Positions 35,648 to 45,498 of a stretch of 56,968 bases of DNA are shown one piece after another. How positions within the stretch are numbered: the stretch's first letter is position 1; each line of letters begins with the position of its first letter. Under the pieces are notes generated by a model that was given only the letters and a program-made list of their open reading frames with translations, made no database searches and was not told the DNA's origin. The DNA is taken from NCBI GenBank assembly GCA_049430545.1, contig JBMTCD010000001.1, positions 1 to 56,968 of the forward strand. The letters run 5' to 3'. Made by a program: the position numbers and the translations under genes. This stretch comes from Luteolibacter sp. Its GTDB lineage: Bacteria; Verrucomicrobiota; Verrucomicrobiia; Verrucomicrobiales; Akkermansiaceae.

Positions 35648-36862
35648 TCATCTTCCGAACGGCCAGAACATGCGGGCGAGTTTGCCGAGCGGGCCGGGCG
35701 GGGTGGCGCGCTCGGTTTCGAGAATCTGCGCGTAGCGGATCAACCCGATGGCGGTGGCGTAGCGGGGGTCCTTGAAATTCGATTTCACGCCGCTGATTTC
35801 CGGCAGCTCGGGACGGTAGATGTCGCGGCCAAACACCTCGAAGGCGAGTTCGCTGAAGCCGCGCATCATGCTGGTGCCGCCGGTGAGATAAACGCCTGCG
35901 CCGATCGCCTCGATGGAGCCGGCGGGCAACTGACGCCGGATGAGATGCAGGGTTTCCTCGAGCCGCTGGCGGATCACTTCGTTGAGCACGGCGCGGGAGA
36001 CTTCCACTTCGGCGAAGCCGCGGTCGTCGGTGAGCTTGGCGTTGCCGATGGAACGGATCGGATCGCCGGAGGCGTCGCCCTCGGTGATCTTGAGCCGCTC
36101 GGCCTTGGAAAATGGCAGGCTGGTGACGAGGTGGATGTCGTTGGTGATGTGGTCGCCGCCCACCGGAATGCAGCCGGAGGCGGTGATCACACCGCCGAGA
36201 TAGAGCGCGAAGTCGGTGGTGCCGCCGCCGATGTCGATGATGAGGGCGCCGCGCTCGCGCTGTTCGCGGCCGAGCGCCATCTGCGCGGTGGCGATGGGCG
36301 AGAAGACGACGTCGTCGAGTTCCAATGGCATTTCACGAACCAGCTTGATGCTGTTCTGAATGCGCGTGCCGATGCCGTGGACGATGTGGAAATCGACCTC
36401 CACGGTCTTGCCGTAGAGGCCGACGGGCGAGGTGGAGTGTTCGAGGCCATCGAGCCAGTAGTTGCGGGTGATGGGGTGGAGATAGACGTGGTCCTGCGGG
36501 ATGTGGATGTCGCGCGCGATGGTGCGGGCCTCCTGGACATGCTCGGGGGCGACGATCGGTTCGCCATCCGGCAGGCGGAAGGTGCCGCGGCTGTTTTCGC
36601 CGCGGATATGCGCCCCGGTGACGGCGAGATACACGCTGCCGATCTCGACATCGCTGGCATCCTCGGCGCGGGCGAGTGCATCCTTGAGGCAGGCGCGGGC
36701 TTGGGAGAAATCGTGGATCTCGCCTTTGCGCACTCCGGCGCTCTTGGTCTCGCCGATGCCGAGGATTTTCACCGCGCTGTCCGCCTTCACCTCGCCGACG
36801 ACCAGGCAGGTCTTGCTGGTGCCGATCTCGAGTCCGACGTGGATTTTCGTGCGACGTGCCAT
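35648..36862 (-). CDS. ftsA: cell division protein FtsA
   Basis: GLEIGTSK, IDIGGGTT, GGDHITNDI, LTGGTS, YATAIGL. Confidence 0.95.
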   Translation of the reverse strand: MARRTKIHVGLEIGTSKTCLVVGEVKADSAVKILGIGETKSAGVRKGEIHDFSQARACLKDALARAEDASDVEIGSVYLAVTGAHIRGENSRGTFRLPDGEPIVAPEHVQEARTIARDIHIPQDHVYLHPITRNYWLDGLEHSTSPVGLYGKTVEVDFHIVHGIGTRIQNSIKLVREMPLELDDVVFSPIATAQMALGREQRERGALIIDIGGGTTDFALYLGGVITASGCIPVGGDHITNDIHLVTSLPFSKAERLKITEGDASGDPIRSIGNAKLTDDRGFAEVEVSRAVLNEVIRQRLEETLHLIRRQLPAGSIEAIGAGVYLTGGTSMMRGFSELAFEVFGRDIYRPELPEISGVKSNFKDPRYATAIGLIRYAQILETERATPPGPLGKLARMFWPFGR

Positions 36863-36878
36863 GGGTGGTGGAAACGTG

Positions 36879-37847
36879 TCAGTTGCGGTTGAGGATGGTG
36901 CCGCGGTCGCGCTCGCGCTTCGGGCGGTTGTCGCTGGCGGCGGGCGGGGAAATGATAATCGCGCGCGGCGGCGTGTTTTCCCCGCGCACAGTGATGGGGA
37001 TGTTGTATTTGGGAATCAAGTTGATGGTTTCAATGACATATCCCTTTTCCGCCGCGTGATCGAGCGCGTCGCGCAGGCTCTGCATCTGGCGCGCGTGGTC
37101 GCCGAGCCCGAAGGTGGCGCGGGTGCCCTGGCGGGTGACGAGTTCGAGCGACCATTCGTTGGCCTGGCGGACCGTTTCGATCCAGCGCGCGGCTTCGGCA
37201 TCTGCGGCGCGGGCGGCATCGAGCAACCGCAGGCAATGGTCGAGCGACGGGTTTGGCACCTTCCGGCCGATGGCAGGCGGCGGGCCCGCCAACTCGATGG
37301 CGGGCAGAGCGGCGGCTTCGTCGAGTTGCAGCTCCGGACACGGATAGGCAACGCCCGTGTGATCCACGAGCAAGCCGCCGGCCACGCGGGGATCGGCCGA
37401 TTGCCCGCCGCAGCTCAGCCATGCCTTGGGCGTGCGCGCGGCGATGCGGACCATCAAGGTGCCGGGCAGGTGGCGCTCGACCCGCGCGTCGGTGACGGCG
37501 GGAAGCGCCATCAGTTTTTCGGTGGCCTCGCCGGCATCGATCGCGAACAGGCTGGGGTCGGCGGCGAGGTCGATATCGAGAAACCCGACCAATCCCGTTT
37601 CGTCGATCACCGGGTTGGGATTCAGGTCGATGACCCTCAGGCCGAAATCCGGATTCTGATAGAACGCGTGCCGGATGCCGCGCCAGACGCCCCAGCCGAT
37701 GCCGGCGAGCACGGCCGCGAGGCAGGCGAGCCTGGCGAGCACTCCGAAGAACCGCAGGAACCCGAACCAGGCGATGCGCGGCGACATCACGCGGACTTCC
37801 AGCACATTGCGGTGTTGCAGGCGGCGGTTGGAGGTTTTGCGTTTCAT
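36879..37847 (-). CDS. ftsQ: cell division protein FtsQ/DivIB
   Basis: TM plus POTRA-like segment (VERHLPGTL.VRI..RTP); position between ddl and ftsA. Confidence 0.8.
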   Translation of the reverse strand: MKRKTSNRRLQHRNVLEVRVMSPRIAWFGFLRFFGVLARLACLAAVLAGIGWGVWRGIRHAFYQNPDFGLRVIDLNPNPVIDETGLVGFLDIDLAADPSLFAIDAGEATEKLMALPAVTDARVERHLPGTLMVRIAARTPKAWLSCGGQSADPRVAGGLLVDHTGVAYPCPELQLDEAAALPAIELAGPPPAIGRKVPNPSLDHCLRLLDAARAADAEAARWIETVRQANEWSLELVTRQGTRATFGLGDHARQMQSLRDALDHAAEKGYVIETINLIPKYNIPITVRGENTPPRAIIISPPAASDNRPKRERDRGTILNRN

Positions 37848-37900
37848 TTTGTTGAGAGTCCAGAGACCGGATCAAGAGGAGCTGCGCGCGGGGCGTTGGC

Positions 37901-38845
37901 TCATCTGGTTTCCGGTGTCCGGTGTGTGGTTTCCCGGAATCGATACGATTGTTCGGCGATGGTGAGGCAGAGGGTGGGGAAATCGATGCCGGCGGCGGCG
38001 GCGGCCTTGGGCAGCAGGCTGGTTTCGGTCATGCCGGGAATGGTGTTGGCTTCAAGCACGAAGGGGCGGCCTTGTTTGTCGAGCAACACATCGACGCGCG
38101 AATAGATCTCGATGCCGAGCGCGCGGTGGGCGGCCAGCGCCGCCTGCTGCACGGCGCGGGTGGCTTCCTCGCCGATGTCTGCGGGGCAGATGTATTGGCT
38201 GCCTTGTGCGCCGGAAAGCCATGGATATTTGCTGGAGAAGTCATACTCGCCGTCCGGCGGAATGATATGGACCACCGGCAAGGCCTTGTCGTCGAGAACG
38301 GCGACGGTGAGCTCGAGGCCGTCGATGAATTCCTCGACGAGGATGTCGTTGCCGTATTTCGCCGCATCGGCCATCGCGGCTCCGGCCTTGGCGGGGTCCT
38401 TGACGATGTTCACGCCCACGCTCGATCCCTCGCGCGGCGGCTTGACTGCAAATGGCGTGGGAAATGATGGCGGTTTCGGGCCAGTGGAAAAATCGACGAT
38501 TTCCGCGCGCGGCGTGGGCACGCCGGCGGCGGTGAAGGCGGTCTTGGCGAGGTTCTTGTCGAAGGCAATGAGGCTGCTGGCCGCGCCCGCGCCGGTGTAG
38601 GGGACGCCCAGCTCATCGAGGATCTGCTGGAGTTGTCCGTCCTCGCCGAAGGTGCCGTGAATCACATTGAACGCGAGCCCGGTGCCTGCGGGCAGATCGA
38701 TGGATGTGCCGGTGACATCCACGGCGATTGCGTCGAGGCCGAGTCCGAGCAGGGCCTTGAGCACGGCCTTGCCGGAGGCGAGGGAGACCTCGCGCTCGGA
38801 ACCGGGGCCGCCCATCAGGACGGCGATTTTCACGGAAGATAACAT
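37901..38845 (-). CDS. ddl: D-alanine--D-alanine ligase
   Basis: GGPGSEREVSLASG, HGTFGEDG, EGSSVGV, LEANTIPGMT. Confidence 0.96.
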   Translation of the reverse strand: MLSSVKIAVLMGGPGSEREVSLASGKAVLKALLGLGLDAIAVDVTGTSIDLPAGTGLAFNVIHGTFGEDGQLQQILDELGVPYTGAGAASSLIAFDKNLAKTAFTAAGVPTPRAEIVDFSTGPKPPSFPTPFAVKPPREGSSVGVNIVKDPAKAGAAMADAAKYGNDILVEEFIDGLELTVAVLDDKALPVVHIIPPDGEYDFSSKYPWLSGAQGSQYICPADIGEEATRAVQQAALAAHRALGIEIYSRVDVLLDKQGRPFVLEANTIPGMTETSLLPKAAAAAGIDFPTLCLTIAEQSYRFRETTHRTPETR

Positions 38846-38846
38846 A

Positions 38847-38874
38847 TGTTGAATTTGAAATTTGAAATTTCAAA
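38847..38874. repeat. AT-rich heptamer repeat/palindrome at the murC/B-ddl junction
   Basis: TGTTGAA TTTGAAA TTTGAAA TTTCAAA. Confidence 0.6.
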
Positions 38875-41170
38875 AAGCCGGCTCGTCTTCGCCGATGATC
38901 TTGATTTCGGTTTCGAGGTTGATGCCGCGTTCGGTGCGGGCGGTTTGCTGGACGGTCTCGATGAGTTGGAGGATTTCGCGGGCGGTGGCACCGCCCTGGT
39001 TGATGACGAAATTGCCATGGATTTCTGAAACCGCGGCGTGGCCGTGGACGCGGCCCTTGAGGCCGAGCGAGTCGATCAGTTTGCCGGCGGGGATTTCTTG
39101 CGGGTTCTTGAAGGTGCAGCCGGCGGAGGCGCCGACGGGTTGCGACGACTTGCGTTTATCGCGCGATTCCTCCCAGCGTTGCTTGATGTTTTCCGGCTTC
39201 TCCGGCTTGCCCCTGAAGACGGCCTGCAGGGCGAAGTTGCGCCGCAGCTCGGGCACATTGCGGTAGTTGGCGACGATTTCCTCACGCTCGCGGGTGCGGA
39301 TCACGCCATCCTCGTCGAGGAAGGTGACGCGCACGACCTGGTCGAAGGTCTCGATGCCCATCGCACCGGCGTTCATGCGCAGCGCGCCGCCGACGTTACC
39401 GGGGATGCCCTCCATCCACTCGAAGCCGCCGATGCCTGCGGCCGCGGCCATGCTGGCGAGTTTTTTCAAGCGCACGCCCGCTCCTGCGGTGATCTCGCCG
39501 CGGGTGCCGACGGTGACCTCGGAAAACGCGCCGCCGACCGGGTGGATCACCGCGCCGCGAATGCCGCCGTGGCGGACCAGCAGGTTCGAGCCGCGGCCGA
39601 CCACGCGCACCGGGATGCCGCGCTCGCGGCAGTAGCCGACGAGAAATGCGAAGCCATAGAAACCGTGCGGCTCCATCCAGAACTGCGCCGGTCCTCCGAC
39701 GAGCAAGGTGGTGTGCTTGGCCATCGGTTCGTAGAGTTTGCCGTCGATTTCATTTTCCGGCATGAGGGACTTCATTTCCTCCAGTATCTTGAGATCCGCC
39801 ACAAGACGGGTGCCGGCTTCATGCACATTGCCCGCGCCGAGCGTGATGAGCAGGTCGCCGGGCTGGAGCGCGTTGCCGACGGCGTGGTGCGCGGTGGTGA
39901 GATCGGGCAAAAAGGTCGCCGGAATGGTGCCGTGGAGCTTCATCGCATCGACGATCGTCTGCCCGGAAACGCCCTCGATGAGCGGCTCGGAGGCGGGATA
40001 GACATCGGTGACGAAGACGCGGTCCGCAGCTTGCAACACCCTGCCGAAGTCGTCGGCCAGCGCCTGGGTGCGCGTGTAGCGGTGCGGTTGGAACAGGACG
40101 ACCACGCGCTTCGGCTTGAATGAGCGCGCGGTCTGCAAGGTGGCGGCGATCTCGGTGGGGTGGTGGCCGTAGTCATCGACGATGCGGTAATCGGCCGAGA
40201 GATACTTCGTTTCGAAGCGCCGCCTGGCGCCCGCGAAGGTCGAGAGCGCGCGGGCGATGAGCGGAAACTCCGCGCCGCAACTGTCGGCGAGCGCGATGGC
40301 GGCGAGTGCGTTGAGGATGTTGTGGTGGCCGGGGATGCCGAGTTCCACATCGCCCAGCAGCTCGCCGCGTTTCATCACGCCGAACGCGGAAGAACCCTTC
40401 AGCTCGCGGATTTCCACCGCAGTGAAATCGGCCTCTTCCCAGCCGTAGGAGATCGCGTTTTCGCGGCCATCACACAACTCGTGCGCCACCGGATCCTCGG
40501 CGCAATAGACGAGATGCCCGCGCGTTTGGTTGGCGAGCGTGGCGAAGACCTCGCGGATCTGGTCGATGTCGCGGTAGAAATCCAGATGCTCGGCCTCGAT
40601 GTTGAGGATCACCGAGTGCTCGGGATGATAGAGCGCGAGCGTGCCGTCGCTCTCGTCGCCCTCGGCCACCATGAAATCGCCCTCGGTGGACCACTTCGCG
40701 TTGGCGCCGAGGATCGGGATTTCCGCGCCGACGTAGTGGCTCGGTTTCAAGCCCGCCTCGCGCAGGACGTGGGCGGTCATGGAGGAGGTGGTCGTTTTGC
40801 CGTGGGTGCCGGAAACCACGATGCCCTTCCGTGTGTGCAGGATGGCGGAGAGGCATTCGGCGCGGCGGTAAAGCGGGATCTCCGCGGCCACGGCGGCGGC
40901 GTAGGCCGGATTTTCCGGACGGATCGCGGAGGAAAACACCACCACGTCCGCCTCCCTGACCGCCTCGGCGGTGTGCGGCGAGGAAAACCGCAAGCCCAGC
41001 CCCTGCATGCGCTCGGTTTCCGAGGTGGTCACTTTGTCCGAGCCGCTCACCTTGTGGCCCATCCCCAAAAGCAGCAGCGCGAGCCCGCTCATGCCCGATC
41101 CCGCCACGCCGATGAGGTGGATGTGCAGCGGGTGGGCGGTGTCGGTGAGCCGTCGGGTGAGGGAATTCAT
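38870..41170 (-). CDS. murC: bifunctional MurC-MurB fusion
   Basis: MurC: IGVAGSGMSG, GTHGKTTT, EGDESDG, DDYGHHPTE, FQPHRYTRT; MurB: GRGSNLL, GIPGNVGGALRMNAGA, SAGCTFKNP, HGNFVIN. Confidence 0.95.
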   Translation of the reverse strand: MNSLTRRLTDTAHPLHIHLIGVAGSGMSGLALLLLGMGHKVSGSDKVTTSETERMQGLGLRFSSPHTAEAVREADVVVFSSAIRPENPAYAAAVAAEIPLYRRAECLSAILHTRKGIVVSGTHGKTTTSSMTAHVLREAGLKPSHYVGAEIPILGANAKWSTEGDFMVAEGDESDGTLALYHPEHSVILNIEAEHLDFYRDIDQIREVFATLANQTRGHLVYCAEDPVAHELCDGRENAISYGWEEADFTAVEIRELKGSSAFGVMKRGELLGDVELGIPGHHNILNALAAIALADSCGAEFPLIARALSTFAGARRRFETKYLSADYRIVDDYGHHPTEIAATLQTARSFKPKRVVVLFQPHRYTRTQALADDFGRVLQAADRVFVTDVYPASEPLIEGVSGQTIVDAMKLHGTIPATFLPDLTTAHHAVGNALQPGDLLITLGAGNVHEAGTRLVADLKILEEMKSLMPENEIDGKLYEPMAKHTTLLVGGPAQFWMEPHGFYGFAFLVGYCRERGIPVRVVGRGSNLLVRHGGIRGAVIHPVGGAFSEVTVGTRGEITAGAGVRLKKLASMAAAAGIGGFEWMEGIPGNVGGALRMNAGAMGIETFDQVVRVTFLDEDGVIRTREREEIVANYRNVPELRRNFALQAVFRGKPEKPENIKQRWEESRDKRKSSQPVGASAGCTFKNPQEIPAGKLIDSLGLKGRVHGHAAVSEIHGNFVINQGGATAREILQLIETVQQTARTERGINLETEIKIIGEDEPAF

Positions 41171-42267
41171 GCGGACTGTGAAAATGCGGATTCAATGGCG
41201 CTGCGGACGCGCGCCGCGGCGTCGGGCATGGCGAGCGTGCGGGCGGCTTTTGCCATCTGCCTGTAGCTTGGCAAGTCCCGGAGCATGCCCGTGGCCAGCG
41301 CGGCGAGCTTCGCGGCGTCGAGCTCGTGTTCCTGGACGAGCCGCGCGGCCCCGGCACCGGCGAAGACCTTCGCGTTGCAGGTCTGGTGGTCGTCCGCGGC
41401 GTAGGGGAAGGGCACGAGGATCGACGGATGGCCGCACACTGCGATTTCCGTGAGGCTGGACGCGCCGGCGCGGGCGATCACCAGATCGGCCACCGCGTAG
41501 GCCGCCGCCATGCGGTCGCAGAAACCGAGCACCTTGTGATGCGCGCGGCCGTTTGCGATCCCGCTGACACGCGCGAAATCCTTCGCGCCGGCAATGTGCA
41601 GGATTTGGAAATCTTCCGGCAGCAAGCTGGCGGCCTCGGCGCAGAGTTCGTTCAAGCGGTGCGCGCCCTGGCTGCCGCCGGTGACGAGAATCGTCGTCTT
41701 GCGCGGATCGAGCCCGAATTCCGCCGCCGCTTCCTCGCGCGATGGCAGGTGCAGAATTTCCGGCCGCACCGGCGTGCCGGTGGCCACCGTTTCGCGCTGC
41801 GGGAAAAACGACTTCGCGGCGTCCATGCCGAGAAACACCTGCGTGCAAAAGCGGCTGGTCAGCACATTCGCCCGGCCGGGACGCGCGTTGGAATCGTGTA
41901 TGAAGGTCTTCAGCCCCATCTTGTGCCCGGCGTAAACCGGCGGCAGCGAGGTGAAGCCGCCCATCCCCAGCACCGCGTCCGCGCCGAAGCCACGCAGAAT
42001 CGCCCGGCAGCGGCCCACCGACTTCCAGGTTTTCCACAGAAAACCGGGCATCCGTGGCGAAAACGTCGCCGGCTTGGCCACCGCAGGGACCGTCTCGAAG
42101 CGCAAATGCGCGTATTTCGCCGAGGCCTCCGCGTCCACGTGCTTCTCGGAAATCAACAGCAGCACCTCGTGGCCAGCCGCGCGCAAGGCCTCGCCGACCG
42201 CGATTCCCGGAAACAAATGGCCGCCTGTGCCACCACAGGCGATGAGGATTTTCAATGACTTGGACAC
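41167..42267 (-). CDS. murG: undecaprenyl-PP-MurNAc-pentapeptide GlcNAc transferase
   Basis: GGTGGHLFPG, GTPVR, GGSQGA, RAGASS, DDHQ..NA; GTG start assumed. Confidence 0.95.
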   Translation of the reverse strand: MSKSLKILIACGGTGGHLFPGIAVGEALRAAGHEVLLLISEKHVDAEASAKYAHLRFETVPAVAKPATFSPRMPGFLWKTWKSVGRCRAILRGFGADAVLGMGGFTSLPPVYAGHKMGLKTFIHDSNARPGRANVLTSRFCTQVFLGMDAAKSFFPQRETVATGTPVRPEILHLPSREEAAAEFGLDPRKTTILVTGGSQGAHRLNELCAEAASLLPEDFQILHIAGAKDFARVSGIANGRAHHKVLGFCDRMAAAYAVADLVIARAGASSLTEIAVCGHPSILVPFPYAADDHQTCNAKVFAGAGAARLVQEHELDAAKLAALATGMLRDLPSYRQMAKAARTLAMPDAAARVRSAIESAFSQSA

Positions 42268-42401
42268 GGAAGGACGCGGCTGAAACAAGCGGCCAGACGG
42301 GCGCAAAGCCGATTTCACGCCCCTGACTGCGGGTTTTTAACAAAACTTAAATATGCGGCAATGCCGAAAAAACGCGCGTTGCTGGAAATTTTCTCCGAAT
42401 G

Positions 42402-42418
42402 CTGGCACGGACGGTGCT
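42402..42418 (+). promoter_or_regulatory. sigma54 (-24/-12) promoter
   Basis: CTGGCACGGACGGTGCT, GG-N10-GC spacing. Confidence 0.6.
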
Positions 42419-42429
42419 TTGATTGTCAT

Positions 42430-42516
42430 GTCGCGACATTCAAGGCGGTCCGACTGAGATGCCCCGGGGTTAATGGGTTTTCCCAGGGGATGATCAGTCG
42501 GGCCGCTTCTTTTTTT
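42430..42516 (+). ncRNA. candidate small hairpin RNA with intrinsic terminator
   Basis: long stem 42443-42457 pairing with 42494-42508, inner CCCCGGG/CCCAGGGG stem, then CTTTTTTT; directly downstream of the sigma54 motif. Confidence 0.45.
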
Positions 42517-42569
42517 GGCGGTTTTTCCGCTTTCCGCAACAGCATATCCGCGCGATGGAGAAGGCGCGC

Positions 42570-43535
42570 ATGAACGAGGACAAGCCCGCCGAATTGAAGC
42601 TGGATTTCGACACCCCGCAGTTTCTCCACGGCCTATTCGCCTACGACACGAAGAACCTCGCGTATCTGGAAAACGCGCTGGGAGTGAAAACCGTGACGCG
42701 CGACGGCTGGATACTGCTCAGCGGCGGGCCGGAGGCCATCGAGCGCGCGCGGCGGGTGTTCGTGGACCTCGAAAGCGCGCAACGTGCCGGCGGCCGCATC
42801 GCGGCGCGCGATTTCCGCCTCGCCGTGGACATCGCCGCACGCGAGGGAGAGGTCGGCATCACCCATCTCGCGGAAGTGAAACTCGTCGGCTCGCGCGGCC
42901 GCAAGCCGGTGATCCCGCGCACGCCGGCGCAGTTGGAATACGTGCGCGCCATCGAGGACCACGATGTCATTTTCGGCCTCGGCCCGGCCGGCACCGGAAA
43001 AACCTACCTTGCGATGGCCATGGCGCTGACCCTGTTGAAGCGCCGGGTCATGAAGCGGATCGTGCTCACCCGCCCGGCCGTCGAGGCCGGCGAGGCGCTC
43101 GGGTTCCTGCCCGGCGACCTGCGCGAAAAGGTGGCCCCCTACCTGCGCCCGCTTTACGACGCCATCCACGACATGCTCGATCCCGATGAGGGCCAGCGCT
43201 ATCTGGACGAGGGCACCATCGAGATCGCGCCGCTCGCCTTCATGCGCGGCCGCACGCTGGCGCGCTCGTTCGTCATCCTCGACGAAGCACAGAACACCAC
43301 CCGCGAGCAAATGTTCATGGCCCTCACCCGCCTTGGGGACGACTCGAAAATGGTCGTCACCGGCGATGGCTCGCAGGTCGATCTCAAACCCGGCGTGCGC
43401 TCCGGCCTCTACGAGGCGGAACACGCGCTCCAAGGCGTGGAAGGCATCGCGTTCCAGCGCTTCTCGCCGGCCGACATCATCCGCCACCCGGTCGTCGGCC
43501 GCATCGTGGAGGCCTACGAAAGGCATCGCGCGTGA
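42570..43535 (+). CDS. phoH: PhoH family ATPase
   Basis: GPAGTGKT, RPAVEAGE.LGFLPGD, APLAFMRGRTL, DEAQN, RHPVV. Confidence 0.93.
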   Translation: MNEDKPAELKLDFDTPQFLHGLFAYDTKNLAYLENALGVKTVTRDGWILLSGGPEAIERARRVFVDLESAQRAGGRIAARDFRLAVDIAAREGEVGITHLAEVKLVGSRGRKPVIPRTPAQLEYVRAIEDHDVIFGLGPAGTGKTYLAMAMALTLLKRRVMKRIVLTRPAVEAGEALGFLPGDLREKVAPYLRPLYDAIHDMLDPDEGQRYLDEGTIEIAPLAFMRGRTLARSFVILDEAQNTTREQMFMALTRLGDDSKMVVTGDGSQVDLKPGVRSGLYEAEHALQGVEGIAFQRFSPADIIRHPVVGRIVEAYERHRA

Positions 43536-43583
43536 CCGCATGCCCGGTGTTTCCCGCCCATGGGAAATGAAGGTTCAGGCACC

Positions 43584-44408
43584 TCAGTCCGGGAGTTTTT
43601 GCGGTTCGCCGAGGTGCCTCGGGCGGGTTTCGAGGAAGTGCACGTCGAGCCACATCTTGACGCGCGCGCCGATTTCGCGGAGGCGGGTTTTGTAGCCGGC
43701 GGGGCCGCGGACATCGCGGGCGTTGAAGCCGCGGGCAGCGATGCCATGGGCCTTGGCGAGATAGATCGCCCGCTCGTTCTGGAAACGCTGGCTGATGAAG
43801 AGCAGCGTGTCGGTGCCGAAAACCTCCTTGGCTCGGACCACGGAATCGAGCGTGCGCAAGCCGGCGAAGTCACGGACGATGCGATCGGCGGGAATGCCGC
43901 GCGCGACGAGTGCTTCGCGCATTTTCTGGGGTTCGTTGTAGAATTGGCTGCGGTTGTCGCCGGAGACGATCAGGGTTTCCACCTTGCCGGCCTTCCACAG
44001 TTTTTCGGCCGCGTCGATTCGGTGGCGGAAGTAGAGGTTCTCGCGGCCATCGATGCGGTCGGTGGTGCCGAACACCAGCCCGACCCGGGTGGCGGGCACC
44101 CCGGCGAGATCGTCGTGGGTGAGATTTCTGGCCGCCCAGGTGGCGACGAGATTGGCATGCGCGATCACCAACAGCGCGGCAAGCGGCAAGGCGAGCAGCA
44201 AATCGAGCACGTGGCGGCGCAACGGCCGCAGTTTCGGGACCAGCCACACGGTGCCCGCCAACCCCGCGCCGAGTGCCAGATGCAGGCATACCCCCCACAG
44301 CGGGCGGGTCGAGCAGTCGATCATCAACAGAACCGCCAGGACAGTGGCGGCCAGCATGGCCAGCGGCCATCTGAGCCAGCGGTTGTGGAGGAGCGGGGCA
44401 CTGGCCAT
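43584..44408 (-). CDS. SanA/ElyC (DUF218) family membrane protein
   Basis: VSGDN..FYNEP, DFAGLRTLDSVVRA, SQRFQNERA, LRE..AR; extra N-terminal TM helices. Confidence 0.85.
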   Translation of the reverse strand: MASAPLLHNRWLRWPLAMLAATVLAVLLMIDCSTRPLWGVCLHLALGAGLAGTVWLVPKLRPLRRHVLDLLLALPLAALLVIAHANLVATWAARNLTHDDLAGVPATRVGLVFGTTDRIDGRENLYFRHRIDAAEKLWKAGKVETLIVSGDNRSQFYNEPQKMREALVARGIPADRIVRDFAGLRTLDSVVRAKEVFGTDTLLFISQRFQNERAIYLAKAHGIAARGFNARDVRGPAGYKTRLREIGARVKMWLDVHFLETRPRHLGEPQKLPD

Positions 44409-45374
44409 CTATAGGCTGCGGCTGGTTTGAAGTTCCGGCTCGCGTTTTGGCCAATGGAACAGGGACTTGAGCGTATCCGCCAGCCGGCCGGCCGGCGGGC
44501 CATCCGGGGCGAGCACCCGCAGGTGCGTGGCGGTTTCCTTGAAACGCACCTCGGTGTAGCGGCCAGCCCACTCGCCATCCACTTCCACCGGCACCTCGCG
44601 GTCGGCACGCACGGTGAAATCGGCGGATTGGAACGCAACGGTCGATTCCATCAGGTCGATGCCGCCCAGCGCCAGGCCGCGGAGCGAATCGAGCACCAGC
44701 TTGTAGCCGGCCTCCTTGTAAACGAGCACATCGAGCTTTGAATCGCGGTTGTCGGCGTTGCGGAAAAACCGGAATTGGCCGCCGTAGAGAGCGCCATTGC
44801 CGGCCAGCACGGCCACGCCGGTTTCACGCCTGCCGTCGGCGCAGACCACTTCCATCATCGGGGGTTTTTCGCCAAGCACCTTGACGGCGGCCAGCAGGTA
44901 GGCGAGCGGACCGAGCATTTTTTTCGATTCCCAGGTCGTTTCCTCGATCACCCGCGCATCGAAGCCCACGCCGGCCATTTGCACGAAGGGCGCGCCGTTT
45001 GCCTCGAACAGGTCGATCTCCTGGATCAGGCCGGATTCGATCACCTCGAAGGCTTTTTCCAGATTGTCGCACGGGATGCTCATTTCACGGGCGAACACGT
45101 TCATGGTGCCCGCAGGCAGTATGCCGAGGATGGTGGAGGTGCCGGCGAGGCCGCGGACCACCTCATTGAGCGTGCCATCGCCTCCCGCCGCGATGACCAC
45201 CGGCTCGCCTGCCGAGGCGAAGCGCCGCGCCAGTTCATGCGCCTCTCCGGCATGGGAGGTGGCGTAAAGCGCGAAGCGGTTCGCGTGCTTCATGAAAAAC
45301 CGCAGCATGCGCCCACCCTTCTGGCTGCGCGCCTTCGGGTTGAAAATGAGCGGATAGCGGCGCGATTGCTGCAT
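44409..45374 (-). CDS. diacylglycerol/lipid kinase family (YegS/BmrU-like)
   Basis: [32 protein letters not shown]. Confidence 0.9.
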   Translation of the reverse strand: MQQSRRYPLIFNPKARSQKGGRMLRFFMKHANRFALYATSHAGEAHELARRFASAGEPVVIAAGGDGTLNEVVRGLAGTSTILGILPAGTMNVFAREMSIPCDNLEKAFEVIESGLIQEIDLFEANGAPFVQMAGVGFDARVIEETTWESKKMLGPLAYLLAAVKVLGEKPPMMEVVCADGRRETGVAVLAGNGALYGGQFRFFRNADNRDSKLDVLVYKEAGYKLVLDSLRGLALGGIDLMESTVAFQSADFTVRADREVPVEVDGEWAGRYTEVRFKETATHLRVLAPDGPPAGRLADTLKSLFHWPKREPELQTSRSL

Positions 45375-45498
45375 GGCGGGATTCTTCACCCATGGCCGCG
45401 CGTCCCGCAACCCGATTCACGGGTGGAACCATGGCGGCGGCCGCTGCCGCAGTTCCGCCCTTGCGCGCTGCCGGAGGCGCGTCTATACGCACCGCGCC

